DNA of 64,000 nucleotides. It comes from Centroscyllium fabricii (taxonomy: Eukaryota). The notes below the pieces were generated by a model. That model saw only the letters and a program-made list of their open reading frames with translations. It ran no database searches and was not told the DNA's origin. Shown piece after piece: positions 1 to 14,500 of the stretch. Positions within the stretch are counted from its first letter, which is position 1. Each line of letters starts with the position of its first letter. The DNA is taken from positions 1-64,000 of the forward strand of contig JBNRSN020000354.1 of assembly GCA_051313645.2 (NCBI GenBank), written 5' to 3'. The position numbers were made by a program, and so were the translations under genes.

Positions 1-2100
1 AATCTGGAATATTAACAGGAAGTTCTGGAATATTAACAGAAAATATGGGAAATCTGTAATATTAATAGGAAGTCTGGAATATTAACAGAAAATATGGGAA
101 ATCTGGAATATTAACAGAAAATCTGGAATATTAACAGAAAATACTGGAAATCTGGAATATTAATAGGAAGTCTGGAATATTAACAGAAAATACGGGACAT
201 CTGTAATATTAACAGGAAATCTGGAATATTAACAGAAAATACTGGAAATCTGGAACATTAACGGGAAATCTGGAATAATAACAGAAAATACTATATTAAC
301 AGGAAATACTGAAAATCTGGAATATTAACAGGAAATACTGAAAATCTGGAATATTAACATGAAATCTGGAATATTAACAGGAAATCTGGACTATTCACAG
401 GAAACACTGGAAATCTGGAATATTAACAGGAAATCTAGAATATTAACAGGAAATAATGGAATATTAACAGGAAATCTGGAATATTAACAGGAAATACTGG
501 AAATCTGTAATATTAACAGGAAATCTGGAATGGTAACAGAAAATACTGGAAATCGGGAATCTTAACAGGAAATCTGGAATATTAACAGGAAATCTGGAAT
601 ATTAATAGGAAATACTAGAAATCTGGAATATTAACAGGAAATCTGGAATATTAACAGGAAATCTGGAATATTAATCGGAAATACTAGAAATCTGGAATCT
701 TAACAGGAAATCTGGAATATTAACAGGAAATCTGGAATATTAACAGGAAATACTGGAAATCTGTAATATTAACAAAAAATCTGGAATATTAACAGGAAAT
801 ACTGGAAATCTGTCATATTAACAGGAAATCCGGAATATTAACAGGAAATACTGGAAATCGGGAATATTAACAGGAAATCTGGAATATTAACAGAAAATAC
901 GGGAAATCTGTAATATTAACAGGAAATCTGGAATATTAATTGGAAATCTGGAATATTAACAGGAAATACTGGAAATCTGTAATATTAACAGGAAATACTG
1001 GAAATCTGGAATATTAACAGGAAATCTGGAATATTAACAGAAAATACAGGAAATCTGGAATATTAACAGGAAATCTGGAATATTAACAGGAAATCTGTAA
1101 TATTAACAGGAAATCTGGAATATTAATAGGAAATACTAGAAATCTGGAATATTAACAGGAAATCTGGAATATTAACAGGAAATCTGGAATATTAATCGGA
1201 AATACTAGAAATCTGGAATCTTAACAGGAAATCTGGAATATTAACAGGAAATCTGGAATATTAACAGGAAATACTGGAAATCTGTAATATTAACAAAAAA
1301 TCTGGAATATTAACAGGAAATACTGGAAATCTGTCATATTAACAGGAAATCCGGAATATTAACAGGAAATACTGGAAATCGGGAATATTAACAGGAAATC
1401 TGGAATATTAACAGAAAATACGGGAAATCTGTAATATTAACAGGAAATCTGGAATATTAATTGGAAATCTGGAATATTAACAGGAAATACTGGAAATCTG
1501 TAATATTAACAGGAAATACTGGAAATCTGGAATATTAACAGGAAATCTGGAATATTAACAGAAAATACAGGAAATCTGGAATATTAACAGGAAATCTGGA
1601 ATATTAACAGAAAATCTGGAATATTAACAGGAAATACTGGAATATTAACAGGAAATACTGGAAATCTGGAATATTAACAGGAAATCTGAATAATAACAGA
1701 AAATACTGGAATATTAACAGGAAATACTGAAAATCTGGAATATTAACAGAAAATCTGGAATATTAACAGGAAATACTGGAAATCTGGAATATTAACAGGA
1801 AATCCAGAATATTTACAGGAAATATGGAATATTAACAGAAAATCTGGAATATTAACAGGAAATACTGGAAATCTGGAATATTAACAGAACATCTGGAATA
1901 TTAACAGAAAATCTGGAATATTAACAGGAAATACTGGAAATCTGGAATATTAACAGAACATCTTGAATATTAACAGGAAATACTGGAAATCTGGAGTATT
2001 AACAGAAAATCTGGATTATTAACAGGAAATACTGGAACTCTGGAAGATTAACAGGAAATCTGGAATATTGACAGGAAATCTGGAAAATTAAGAGAAAATG
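1..2100. repeat. AT-rich minisatellite, 20-bp unit GGAAATCTGGAATATTAACA with optional 9-bp GGAAATACT insert (29-bp unit); runs off the window start
   Basis: Seen directly. It contains a 521-bp internal duplication: variant TTAATCGG at 671 and 1192, TGTCATATT at 811 and 1332. Confidence 0.97.
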
Positions 2101-2169
2101 CTGGAAAGACTCCGCAGATTCTGTGGCGAGAGGGTTAATATTAATGTTAATGTTCAGAGCTCTGACCTT

Positions 2170-2249
2170 TGACCTCTCGCGCTCTCCATTTTATTTCCTC
2201 TGTGGAGAATCTGGTGCAGATTCCGCAGGATTTTCCTTCAGAAACGGCG
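2170..2249 (+). promoter_or_regulatory. COX14: Candidate CpG-rich promoter and non-coding exon 1 of COX14, ending at donor GCG|GTAAGT (2250-2255)
   Basis: This is the only unique CpG-rich sequence upstream of COX14 in the window (about 2105-2528), with a consensus donor. Mammalian COX14 has a non-coding first exon. The exon start is a guess. Confidence 0.5.
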
Positions 2250-2528
2250 GTAAGTTCTCCGGAGACAGGCCGCAGCAGCCAGTTTTAATACCAGTGTCCG
2301 CTCGCTCTTTGTCTCACCGACCCCGGGAATCGCGGCCTTCGACTCGCTCAGTGCCGGGGCCTGAGGCCTGGACTCGGACTCAGTCACCTTGGCCTCGGTT
2401 GGATCGGGCTGACTCTGTTTCGGTCCCGGGGCTTTTGATGATTGTGCGTCGGTCAAACAGCCTCAATGTCCCGCAGTGGCGGCTCCGCTGGTTCCCCCAG
2501 CCTGGGAGAGGCTCGGCTTCTGTCGCTG

Positions 2529-5500
2529 GCCTGTGATGGAGTCACTGATCCGGGGCCCTGCACTTGGCCTCAGTACCCTGCCTGTGACGGGGTCACTGAT
2601 CTGGGGCCCTGGACTTGGCCTCAGTACCCTGCCTGTGACGGTGGTCACTGATCCGGGGCCCTAGACTTGGCCTCAGTACCCTGCCTGTGATGGGGGTGAC
2701 TGATCCGGGGCCCTGTACTTGGCCTCAGTACCCTGCCTGTGATGGGGTCACTGATCCGGGGCTCTGCACTTGGCCTCAGTACCCTGCCTGTGACGGGGTC
2801 ACTTATCCGGAGCCCTGCACTTGGCCTCAGTACCCTGCCTGTGACGGGGTCACTGATCCGGGGCCCTGCACTTGGCCTCAGTACCCTGCCTGTGACGGGG
2901 TCACTGATCCGGGGCCCTGCACTTGGCCTCAGTACCCTGCCTGTGATGGGGTCACTAATCCGGGCTCTGCACTTGGCCTCAGTACCCTGCCTGTGACGGG
3001 GTCACTGATCCGGGGCCCTGCACTTGGCCTCAGTACCCTGCCTGTGACGGGGGTCACTGATCCGGGGCTCTGGACTTGGCCTCAGTACCCTGCCTGTGAT
3101 GGGGTGACTGATCCGGGGCCCTGCACTTGGCCTCAGTACCCTGCCTGTGATGGGGTGACTGATCCGGGGCCCTGGACTTGGCCTCAGTACCCTGCCTGTG
3201 ATGGGGTGACTGATCCGGGGCCCTGGACTTGGCCTCAGTACCCTGCCTGTGACGGGGGTGACTGATCCGGGGCCCTGTACTTGGCCTCAGTACCCTGCCT
3301 GTGACGGTGGTCACTGATCCGGGGCCCTGGACTTGGCCTCAGTACCCTGCCTGTGATGGGGTGACTGTCCGGGGCCCTGGACTTGGCCTCAGTACCCTGC
3401 CTGTGACGGTGGTCACTGATCCGGGGCCCTGGACTTGGCCTCAGTACCCTGCCTGTGACGGGGGTGACTGATCTGGGGCCCTGGACTTGGCCTCAGTACC
3501 CTGCCTGTGACGGTGGTCACTGATCCGGGGCCCTGGACTTGGCCTCAGTACCCTGCCTGTGATGGGGGTGACTGATCCGGGGCCCTGTACTTGCCCTCAG
3601 TACCCTGCCTGTGACTAGGGTCACTGATCCGGGGCTCTGCACTTGGCCTCAGTACCCTGCCTGTGATGGGGTCACTGATCCGGGGCTCTGCACTTGGCCT
3701 CAGTACCCTGCCTGTGACGGGGTCACTTATCCGGAGCCCTGCACTTGGCCTCAGTACCCTGCCTGTGATGGGGGTCACTGATCCGGGGCCCTGCACTTGG
3801 CCTCAGTACCCTGCCTGTGACGGGGTCACTTATCCGGAGCCTGCACTTGGCCTCAGTACCCTGCCTGTGATGGGGGTCACTGATCCGGGGCCCTGCACTT
3901 GGCCTCAGTACCCTGCCTGTGACGGGGTCACTGATCCGGGGCCCTGCACTTGGCCTCGGTACCCTGCCTGTGATGGGGTCACTAATCCGGGGCTCTGCAC
4001 TTGGCCTCAGTACCCTGCCTGTGACGGGGTCACTGATCCGGGGCCCTGCACTTGGCCTCAGTACCCTGCCTGTGATGGGGTCACTGATCCAGGGCTGTGC
4101 CCTTGGCCTCAGTACCCTGCCTGTGACGGGGTCACTGATCCGGGGCCCTGCACTTGGCCTCAGTACCCTGCCTGTGACGGGAGTCACTGATCCAGGGCTG
4201 TGCCCTTGGCCTCAGTACCCTGCCTGTGATGGGGTCACTGATCCGGGCCACTGCACTTGGCCTCAGTACCCTGCCTGTGACGGGAGTCACTGATCCGGGT
4301 CCCTGCACTTGGCCTCAGTACCCTGCCTGTGATGGGGTGACTGATCAGGGCCACTGCACTTGGCCTCAGTACCCTGCCTGTGACGTTGGTCACTGATCCG
4401 GGGCCCTGGACTTGGCCTCAGTACCCTGCCTGTGACGGGAGTCACTGATCCGGGGCCCTGCACTTGGCCTCAGTACCCTGCCTGTGATGGGAGTCACTGA
4501 TCCGGGGCCCTGGATTGGCCTCAGTACCCTGCCTGTGATGGGGTCACTGATCCGGGCCACTGCACTTGGCCTCAGTACCCCTGCCTGTGACGGTGGTCAC
4601 TGATCCGGGGCCCTGGACTTGGCCTCAGTACCCTGCCTGTGACGGGAGACACTGATCCGGGGCCCTGCACTTGGCCTCAGTACCCTGCCTGTGATGGGAG
4701 TCACTGATCTGGGGCCCTGCACTTGGCCTCAGTACCCTGCCTGTGATGGGGTGACTGATCCTGGGCCCTGGACTTGGCCTCAGTACCCTGCCTGTGATGG
4801 GGTGACTGATCCGGGGCCCTGGACTTGGCCTCAGTACCCTGCCTGTGACGGGAGTCACTGATTCGGGGCCCTGCACTTGGCCTCAGTACCCTGCCTGTGA
4901 TGGGGTGACTGATCCGGGGCCCTGGACTTGGCCTCAGTACCCTGCCTGTGACGGGGGTGACTGATCCGGGGCTCTGGACTTGGCCTCAGTACCCTGCCTG
5001 TGACGGGGGTGACTGATCCGGGGCCCTGGACTTGGCCTCAGTACCCTGCCTGTGACGGGGGTGACTGATCCGGGGCCCTGTACTTGGCCTCAGTACCCTG
5101 CCTGTGATGGTGGTCACTGATCCGGGGCCCTGGACTTGGCCTCAGTACCCTGCCTGTGATGGGGTGACTGATCCGGGGCCCTGGACTTGGCCTCAGTACC
5201 CTGCCTGTGACGGGAGTCACTGATCCGGGGCCCTGGACTTGGCCTCAGTACCCTGCCTGTGACGGGGGTGACTGATCTGGGGCCCTGGACTTGGCCTCAG
5301 TACCCTGCCTGTGACGGTGGTCACTGATCCGGGGCCCTGGACTTGGCCTCAGTACCCTGCCTGTGACGGGGGTGACTGATCTGGGGCCCTGGACTTGGCC
5401 TCAGTACCCTGCCTGTGACGGTGGTCACTGATCCGGGGCCCTGGACTTGGCCTCAGTACCCTGCCTGTGACGGTGGTCACTGATCCGGGGCCCTGGACTT

Positions 5501-8500
5501 GGCCTCAGTACCCTGCCTGTGACGGGAGTCACTGATCCGGGGCCCTGCACTTGGCCTCAGTACCCTGCCTGTGATGGGGTGACTGATCCCGGGCCCTGGA
5601 CTTGGCCTCAGTACCCTGCCTGTGATGGGGTGACTGATCCGGGGCCCTGCACTTGGCCTCAGTACCCTGCCTGTGACGGGGGTGACTGATCCGGGGCTCT
5701 GGACTTGGCCTCAGTACCCTGCCTGTGACGGGGGTGACTGATCCGGGGCCCTGGACTTGGCCTCAGTACCCTGCCTGTGACGGGGGTGACTGATCCGGGG
5801 CCCTGGACTTGGCCTCAGTACCCTGCCTGTGATGGTGGTCACTGATCCAGGGCCCTGGACTTGGCCTCAGTACCCTGCCTGTGATGGGGTGACTGATCCG
5901 GGGCCCTGGACTTGGCCTCAGTACCCTGCCTGTGACGGGGGTGACTGATCTGGGGCCCTGGACTTGGCCTCAGTACCCTGCCTGTGACGGTGGTCACTGA
6001 TCCGGGGCCCTGGACTTGGCCTCAGTACCCTGCCTGTGACGGTGGTCACTGATCCGGGGCCCTGGACTTGGCCTCAGTACCCTGCCTGTGACGGGGGTGA
6101 CTGATCCGGGGCCCTGGACTTGGCCTCAGTACCCTGCCTGTGATGGGGTGACTGATCCGGGGCCCTGGACTTGGCCTCAGTACCCTGCCTGTGACGGGGG
6201 TGACTGATCTGGGGCCCTGGACTTGGCCTCAGTACCCTGCCTGTGACGGTGGTCACTGATCCGGGGCCCTGGACTTGGCCTCAGTACCCTGCCTGTGACG
6301 GTGGTCACTGATCCGGGGCCCTGGACTTGGCCTCAGTACCCTGCCTGTGACGGGGGTGACTGATCTGGGGCCCTGGACTTGGCCTCAGTACCCTGCCTGT
6401 GACGGTGGTCACTGATCCGGGGCCCTGGACTTGGCCTCAGTACCCTGCCTGTGATGGGGGTGACTGATCCGGGGCCCTGTACTTGCCCTCAGTACCCTGC
6501 CTGTGACTAGGGTCACTGATCCGGGGCTCTGCACTTGGCCTCAGTACCCTGCCTGTGATGGGGTCACTGATCCGGGGCTCTGCACTTGGCCTCAGTACCC
6601 TGCCTGTGACGGGGTCACATATCCGGAGCCCTGCACTTGGCCTCAGTACCCTGCCTGTGATGGGGGTCACTGATCCGGGGCCCTGCACTTGGCCTCAGTA
6701 CCCTGCCTGTGACGGGGTCACTGATCCGGGGCCCTGCACTTGGCCTCAGTACCCTGCCTGTGATGGGGTCACTAATCCGGGGCTCTGCACTTGGCCTCAG
6801 TACCCTGCCTGTGACGGGGTCACTGATCCGGGGCCCTGCACTTGGCCTCAGTACCCTGCCTGTGATGGGGTCACTGATCCAGGGCTGTGCCCTTGGCCTC
6901 AGTACCCTGCCTGTGACGGGGTCACTGATCCGGGGCCCTGCACTTGGCCTCAGTACCCTGCCTGTGACGGGAGTCACTGATCCAGGGCTGTGCCCTTGGC
7001 CTCAGTACCCTGCCTGTGATGGGGTCACTGATCCGGGCCACTGCACTTGGCCTCAGTACCCTGCCTGTGACGGGAGTCACTGATCCGGGGCCCTGGATTG
7101 GCCTCAGTACCCTGCCTGTGATGGGGTCACTGATCCGGGCCACTGCACTTGGCCTCAGTACCCTGCCTGTGATGGGAGTCACTGATCCGGGGCCCTGCAC
7201 TTGGCCTCAGTACCCTGCCTGTGATGGGGTGACTGATCAGGGCCACTGCACTTGGCCTCAGTACCCTGCCTGTGACGGTGGTCACTGATCCGGGGCCCTG
7301 GACTTGGCCTCAGTACCCTGCCTGTGACGGGAGTCACTGATCCGGGGCCCTGCACTTGGCCTCAGTACCCTGCCTGTGATGGGAGTCACTGATCCGGGGC
7401 CCTGGATTGGCCTCAGTACCCTGCCTGTGATGGGGTCACTGATCCGGGCCACTGCACTTGGCCTCAGTACCCTGCCTGTGACGGTGGTCACTGATCCGGG
7501 GCCCTGGACTTGGCCTCAGTACCCTGCCTGTGACGGGAGTCACTGATCCGGGGCCCTGCACTTGGCCTCAGTACCCTGCCTGTGATGGGAGTCACTGATC
7601 CGGGGCCCTGCACTTGGCCTCAGTACCCTGCCTGTGATGGGGTGACTGATCCCGGGCCTTGGACTTGGCCTCAGTACCCTGCCTGTGATGGGGTGACTGA
7701 TCCGGGGCCCTGGACTTGGCCTCAGTACCCTGCCTGTGACGGGAGTCACTGATCCGGGGCCCTGCACTTGGCCTCAGTACCCTGCCTGTGATGGGGTGAC
7801 TGATCCGGGGCCCTGTACTTGGCCTCAGTACCCTGCCTGTGACGGGGGTGACTGATCCGGGGCTCTGGACTTGGCCTCAGTACCCTGCCTGTGACGGGGG
7901 TGACTGATCCGGGGCCCTGGACTTGGCCTCATTACCCTGCCTGTGACGGGGGTGACTGATCTGGGGCCCTGGACTTGGCCTCAGTACCCTGCCTGTGACG
8001 GTGGTCACTGATCCGGGGCCCTGGACTTGGCCTCAGTACCCTGCCTGTGACGGTGGTCACTGATCCGGGGCCCTGGACTTGGCCTCAGTACCCTGCCTGT
8101 GACGGGAGTCACTGATCCGGGGCCCTGCACTTGGCCTCAGTACCCTGCCTGTGATGGGGTGACTGATCCCGGGCCCTGGACTTGGCCTCAGTACCCTGCC
8201 TGTGATGGGGTGACTGATCCGGGGCCCTGCACTTGGCCTCAGTACCCTGCCTGTGACGGGGGTCACTGATCCGGGGCTCTGGACTTGGCCTCAGTACCCT
8301 GCCTGTGATGGGGTGACTGATCCGGGGCCCTGGACTTGGCCTCAGTACCCTGCCTGTGACGGGGGTGACTGATCCGGAGCTCTGGACTTGGCCTCAGTAC
8401 CCTGCCTGTGACGCGGGTGACTGATCCGGGGCCCTGGACTTGGCCTCAGTACCCTGCCTGTGACGGGGTGACTGATCCGGGGCCCTGTACTTGGCCTCAG

Positions 8501-11500
8501 TACCCTGCCTGTGATGGTGGTCACTGATCCGGGGCCCTGGACTTGGCCTCAGTACCCTGCCTGTGATGGGGTGACTGATCCGGGGCCCTGGACTTGGCCT
8601 CAGTACCCTGCCTGTGACGGGGGTGACTGATCTGGGGCCCTGGACTTGGCCTCAGTACCCTGCCTGTGATGGTGGTCACTGATCCGGGGCCCTGGACTTG
8701 GCCTCAGTACCCTGCCTGTGACGGTGGTCACTGATCCGGGGCCCTGGACTTGGCCTCAGTACCCTGCCTGTGACGGGGGTGACTGATCTGGGGCCCTGGA
8801 CTTGGCCTCACTACCCTGCCTGTGACGGTGGTCACTGATCCGGGGCCCTGGACTTGGCCTCAGTACCCTGCCTGTGACGGGGGTGACTGATCCGGGGCCC
8901 TGTACTTGGCCTCAGTACCCTGCCTGTGACGGGGGTCACTGAGACGGGGCTCTGCACTTGGCCTCAGTACTCTGCCTGTGATGGGGTCACTGATCCGGGG
9001 CTCTGCACTTGGCCTCAGTACCCTGCCTGTGACGGGGTCACTTATCCGGAGCCCTGCACTTGGCCTCAGTACCCTGCCTGTGATGGGGGTCACTGATCCG
9101 GGGCCCTGCACTTGGCCTCAGTACCCTGCCTGTGATGGGGTGACTGATCCCGGGCCCTGGACTTGGCCTCAGTACCCTGCCTGTGATGGGGTGACTGATC
9201 CGGGGCCCTGCACTTGGCCTCAGTACCCTGCCTGTGACGGGGGTGACTGATCCGGGGCTCTGGACTTGGCCTCAGTACCCTGCCTGTGACGGGGGTGACT
9301 GATCCGGGGCCCTGGACTTGGCCTCAGTACCCTGCCTGTGACGGGGGTGACTGATCCGGGGCCCTGTACTTGGCCTCAGTACCCTGCCTGTGATGGTGGT
9401 CACTGATCCGGGGCCCTGGACTTGGCCTCAGTACCCTGCCTGTGATGGGGTGACTGATCCGGGGCCCTGGACTTGGCCTCAGTACCCTGCCTGTGACGGG
9501 GGTGACTGATCTGGGGCCCTGGACTTGGCCTCAGTACCCTGCCTGTGACGGTGGTCACTGATCCGGGGCCCTGGACTTGGCCTCAGTACCCTGCCTGTGA
9601 TGGTGGTCACTGATCCGGGGCCCTGGACTTGGCCTCAGTACCCTGCCTGTGACGGGGGTGACTGATCTGGGGCCCTGGACTTGGCCTCAGTACCCTGCCT
9701 GTGATGGGGTCACTGATCCGGGGCTCTGCACTTGGCCTCAGTACCCTGCCTGTGACGGGGTCACTTATCCGGAGCCCTGCACTTGGCCTCAGTACCCTGC
9801 CTGTGATGGGGGTCACTGATCCGGGGCCCTGCACTTGGCCTCAGTACCCTGCCTGTGACGGGGTCACTGATCCGGGGCCCTGCACTTGGCCTCAGTACCC
9901 TGCCTGTGATGGGGTCACTAATCCGGGGCTCTGCACTTGGCCTCAGTACCCTGCCTGTGACGGGGTCACTGATCCGGGGCCCTGCACTTGGCCTCAGTAC
10001 CCTGCCTGTGACGGGGGTCACTGATCCGGGGCTCTGGACTTGGCCTCAGTACCCTGCCTGTGATGGGGTGACTGATCCGGGGCCCTGCACTTGGCCTCAG
10101 TACCCTGCCTGTGATGGGGTGACTGATCCGGGGCCCTGGACTTGGCCTCAGTACCCTGCCTGTGATGGGGTGACTGATCCGGGGCCCTGGACTTGGCCTC
10201 AGTACCCTGCCTGTGACGGGGGTGACTGATCCGGGGCCCTGGACTTGGCCTCAGTACCCTGCCTGTGATGGGGTGACTGATCCGGGGCCCTGGACTTGGC
10301 CTCAGTACCCTGCCTGTGACGGGGGTGACTGATCTGGGGCCCTGGACTTGGCCTCAGTACCCTGCCTGTGACGGTGGTCACTGATCCGGGGCCCTGGACT
10401 TGGCCTCAGTACCCTGCCTGTGACGGTGGTCACTGATCCGGGGCCCTGGACTTGGCCTCAGTACCCTGCCTGTGACGGGGGTGACTGATCTGGGGCCCTG
10501 GACTTGGCCTCAGTACCCTGCCTGTGACGGTGGTCACTGATCCGGGGCCCTGGACTTGGCCTCAGTACCCTGCCTGTGATGGGGGTGACTGATCCGGGGC
10601 CCTGTACTTGCCCTCAGTACCCTGCCTGTGACTAGGGTCACTGATCTGGGGCTCTGCACTTGGCCTCAGTACCCTGCCTGTGATGGGGTCACTGATCCGG
10701 GGCTCTGCACTTGGCCTCAGTACCCTGCCTGTGACGGGGTCACTTATCCGGAGCCCTGCACTTGGCCTCAGTACCCTGCCTGTGATGGGGGTCACTGATC
10801 CGGGGCCCTGCACTTGGCCTCAGTACCCTGCCTGTGACGGGGTCACTGATCCGGGGCCCTGCACTTGGCCTCAGTACCCTGCCTGTGATGGGGTCACTAA
10901 TCCGGGGCTCTGCACTTGGCCTCAGTACCCTGCCTGTGACGGGGTCACTGATCCGGGGCCCTGCACTTGGCCTCAGTACCCTGCCTGTGATGGGGTCACT
11001 GATCCAGGGCTGTGCCCTTGGCCTCAGTACCCTGCCTGTGACGGGGTCACTGATCCGGGGCCCTGCACTTGGCCTCAGTACCCTGCCTGTGACGGGAGTC
11101 ACTGATCCAGGGCTGTGCCCTTGGCCTCAGTACCCTGCCTGTGATGGGGTCACTGATCCGGGCCACTGCACTTGGCCTCAGTACCCTGCCTGTGACGGGA
11201 GTCACTGATCCGGGGCCCTGGATTGGCCTCAGTACCCTGCCTGTGATGGGGTCACTGATCCGGGCCACTGCACTTGGCCTCAGTACCCTGCCTGTGACGG
11301 GAGTCACTGATCCGGGGCCCTGCACTTGGCCTCAGTACCCTGCCTGTGATGGGGTGACTGATCAGGGCCACTGCACTTGGCCTCAGTACCCTGCCTGTGA
11401 CGGTGGTCACTGATCCGGGGCCCTGGACTTGGCCTCAGTACCCTGCCTGTGACGGGAGTCACTGATCCGGGGCCCTGCACTTGGCCTCAGTACCCTGCCT

Positions 11501-14500
11501 GTGATGGGAGTCACTGATCCGGGGCCCTGGATTGGCCTCAGTACCCTGCCTGTGATGGGGTCACTGATCCGGGCCACTGCACTTGGCCTCAGTACCCTGC
11601 CTGTGACGGTGGTCACTGATCCGGGGCCCTGGACTTGGCCTCAGTACCCTGCCTGTGACGGGAGTCACTGATCCGGGGCCCTGCACTTGGCCTCAGTACC
11701 CTGCCTGTGATGGGAGTCACTGATCCGGGGCCCTGCACTTGGCCTCAGTACCCTGCCTGTGATGGGGTGACTGATCCCGGGCCTTGGACTTGGCCTCAGT
11801 ACCCTGCCTGTGATGGGGTGACTGATCCGGGGCCCTGGACTTGGCCTCAGTACCCTGCCTGTGACGGGAGTCACTGATCCGGGGCCCTGCACTTGGCCTC
11901 AGTACCCTGCCTGTGATGGGGTGACTGATCCGGGGCCCTGGACTTGGCCTCAGTACCCTGCCTGTGACGGGGGTGACTGATCCGGGGCTCTGGACTTGGC
12001 CTCAGTACCCTGCCTGTGACGGGGGTGACTGATCCGGGGCCCTGGACTTGGCCTCAGTACCCTGCCTGTGACGGGGGAGACTGATCCGGGGCCCTGTACT
12101 TGGCCTCAGTACCCTGCCTGTGATGGTGGTCACTGATCCGGGGCCCTGGACTTGGCCTCAGTACCCTGCCTGTGATGGGGTGACTGATCCGGGGCCCTGG
12201 ACTTGGCCTCATTACCCTGCCTGTGACGGGGGTGACTGATCTGGGGCCCTGGACTTGGCCTCAGTACCCTGCCTGTGACGGTGGTCACTGATCCGGGGCC
12301 CTGGACTTGGCCTCAGTACCCTGCCTGTGACGGTGGTCACTGATCCGGGGCCCTGGACTTGGCCTCAGTACCCTGCCTGTGACGGGAGTCACTGATCCGG
12401 GGCCCTGCACTTGGCCTCAGTACCCTGCCTGTGATGGGGTGACTGATCCCGGGCCCTGGACTTGGCCTCAGTACCCTGCCTGTGATGGGGTGACTGATCC
12501 GGGGCCCTGCACTTGGCCTCAGTACCCTGCCTGTGACGGGGGTCACTGATCCGGGGCTCTGGACTTGGCCTCAGTACCCTGCCTGTGATGGGGTGACTGA
12601 TCCGGGGCCCTGGACTTGGCCTCAGTACCCTGCCTGTGACGGGGGTGACTGATCCGGAGCTCTGGACTTGGCCTCAGTACCCTGCCTGTGACGCGGGTGA
12701 CTCATCCGGGGCCCTGGACTTGGCCTCAGTACCCTGCCTGTGACGGGGGTGACTGATCCGGGGCCCTGTACTTGGCCTCAGTACCCTGCCTGTGATGGTG
12801 GTCACTGATCCGGGGCCCTGGACTTGGCCTCAGTACCCTGCCTGTGATGGGGTGACTGATCCGGGGCCCTGGACTTGGCCTCAGTACCCTGCCTGTGACG
12901 GGGGTGACTGATCTGGGGCCCTGGACTTGGCCTCAGTACCCTGCCTGTGATGGGGTGACTGATCCCGGGCCTTGGACTTGGCCTCAGTACCCTGCCTGTG
13001 ATGGGGTGACTGATCCGGGGCCCTGGACTTGGCCTCAGTACCCTGCCTGTGACGGGAGTCACTGATCCGGGGCCCTGCACTTGGCCTCAGTACCCTGCCT
13101 GTGATGGGGTGACTGATCCGGGGCCCTGGACTTGGCCTCAGTACCCTGCCTGTGACGGGGGTGACTGATCCGGGGCTCTGGACTTGGCCTCAGTACCCTG
13201 CCTGTGACGGGGGTGACTGATCCGGGGCCCTGGACTTGGCCTCAGTACCCTGCCTGTGACGGTGGAGACTGATCCGGGGCCCTGTACTTGGCCTCAGTAC
13301 CCTGCCTGTGATGGTGGTCACTGATCCGGGGCCCTGGACTTGGCCTCAGTACCCTGCCTGTGATGGGGTGACTGATCCGGGGCCCTGGACTTGGCCTCAT
13401 TACCCTGCCTGTGACGGGGGTGACTGATCTGGGGCCCTGGACTTGGCCTCAGTACCCTGCCTGTGACGGTGGTCACTGATCCGGGGCCCTGGACTTGGCC
13501 TCAGTACCCTGCCTGTGACGGTGGTCACTGATCCGGGGCCCTGGACTTGGCCTCAGTACCCTGCCTGTGACGGGAGTCACTGATCCGGGGCCCTGCACTT
13601 GGCCTCAGTACCCTGCCTGTGATGGGGTGACTGATCCCGGGCCCTGGACTTGGCCTCAGTACCCTGCCTGTGATGGGGTGACTGATCCGGGGCCCTGCAC
13701 TTGGCCTCAGTACCCTGCCTGTGACGGGGGTCACTGATCCGGGGCTCTGGACTTGGCCTCAGTACCCTGCCTGTGATGGGGTGACTGATCCGGGGCCCTG
13801 GACTTGGCCTCAGTACCCTGCCTGTGACGGGGGTGACTGATCCGGAGCTCTGGACTTGGCCTCAGTACCCTGCCTGTGACGCGGGTGACTGATCCGGGGC
13901 CCTGGACTTGGCCTCAGTACCCTGCCTGTGACGGGGTGACTGATCCGGGGCCCTGTACTTGGCCTCAGTACCCTGCCTGTGATGGTGGTCACTGATCCGG
14001 GGCCCTGGACTTGGCCTCAGTACCCTGCCTGTGATGGGGTGACTGATCTGGGGCCCTGGACTTGGCCTCAGTACCCTGCCTGTGATGGTGGTCACTGATC
14101 CGGGGCCCTGGACTTGGCCTCAGTACCCTGCCTGTGACGGTGGTCACTGATCCGGGGCCCTGGACTTGGCCTCAGTACCCTGCCTGTGACGGGGGTGACT
14201 GATCTGGGGCCCTGGACTTGGCCTCACTACCCTGCCTGTGACGGTGGTCACTGATCCGGGGCCCTGGACTTGGCCTCAGTACCCTGCCTGTGACGGGGGT
14301 GACTGATCCGGGGCCCTGTACTTGGCCTCAGTACCCTGCCTGTGACGGGGGTCACTGAGACGGGGCTCTGCACTTGGCCTCAGTACTCTGCCTGTGATGG
14401 GGTCACTGATCCGGGGCTCTGCACTTGGCCTCAGTACCCTGCCTGTGACGGGGTCACTTATCCGGAGCCCTGCACTTGGCCTCAGTACCCTGCCTGTGAT

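Noticed and set aside
2123-2536. ORFs in the unique segment between the satellites
   Set aside because: Non-ATG starts and no recognisable homology; expected by chance in GC-rich sequence.
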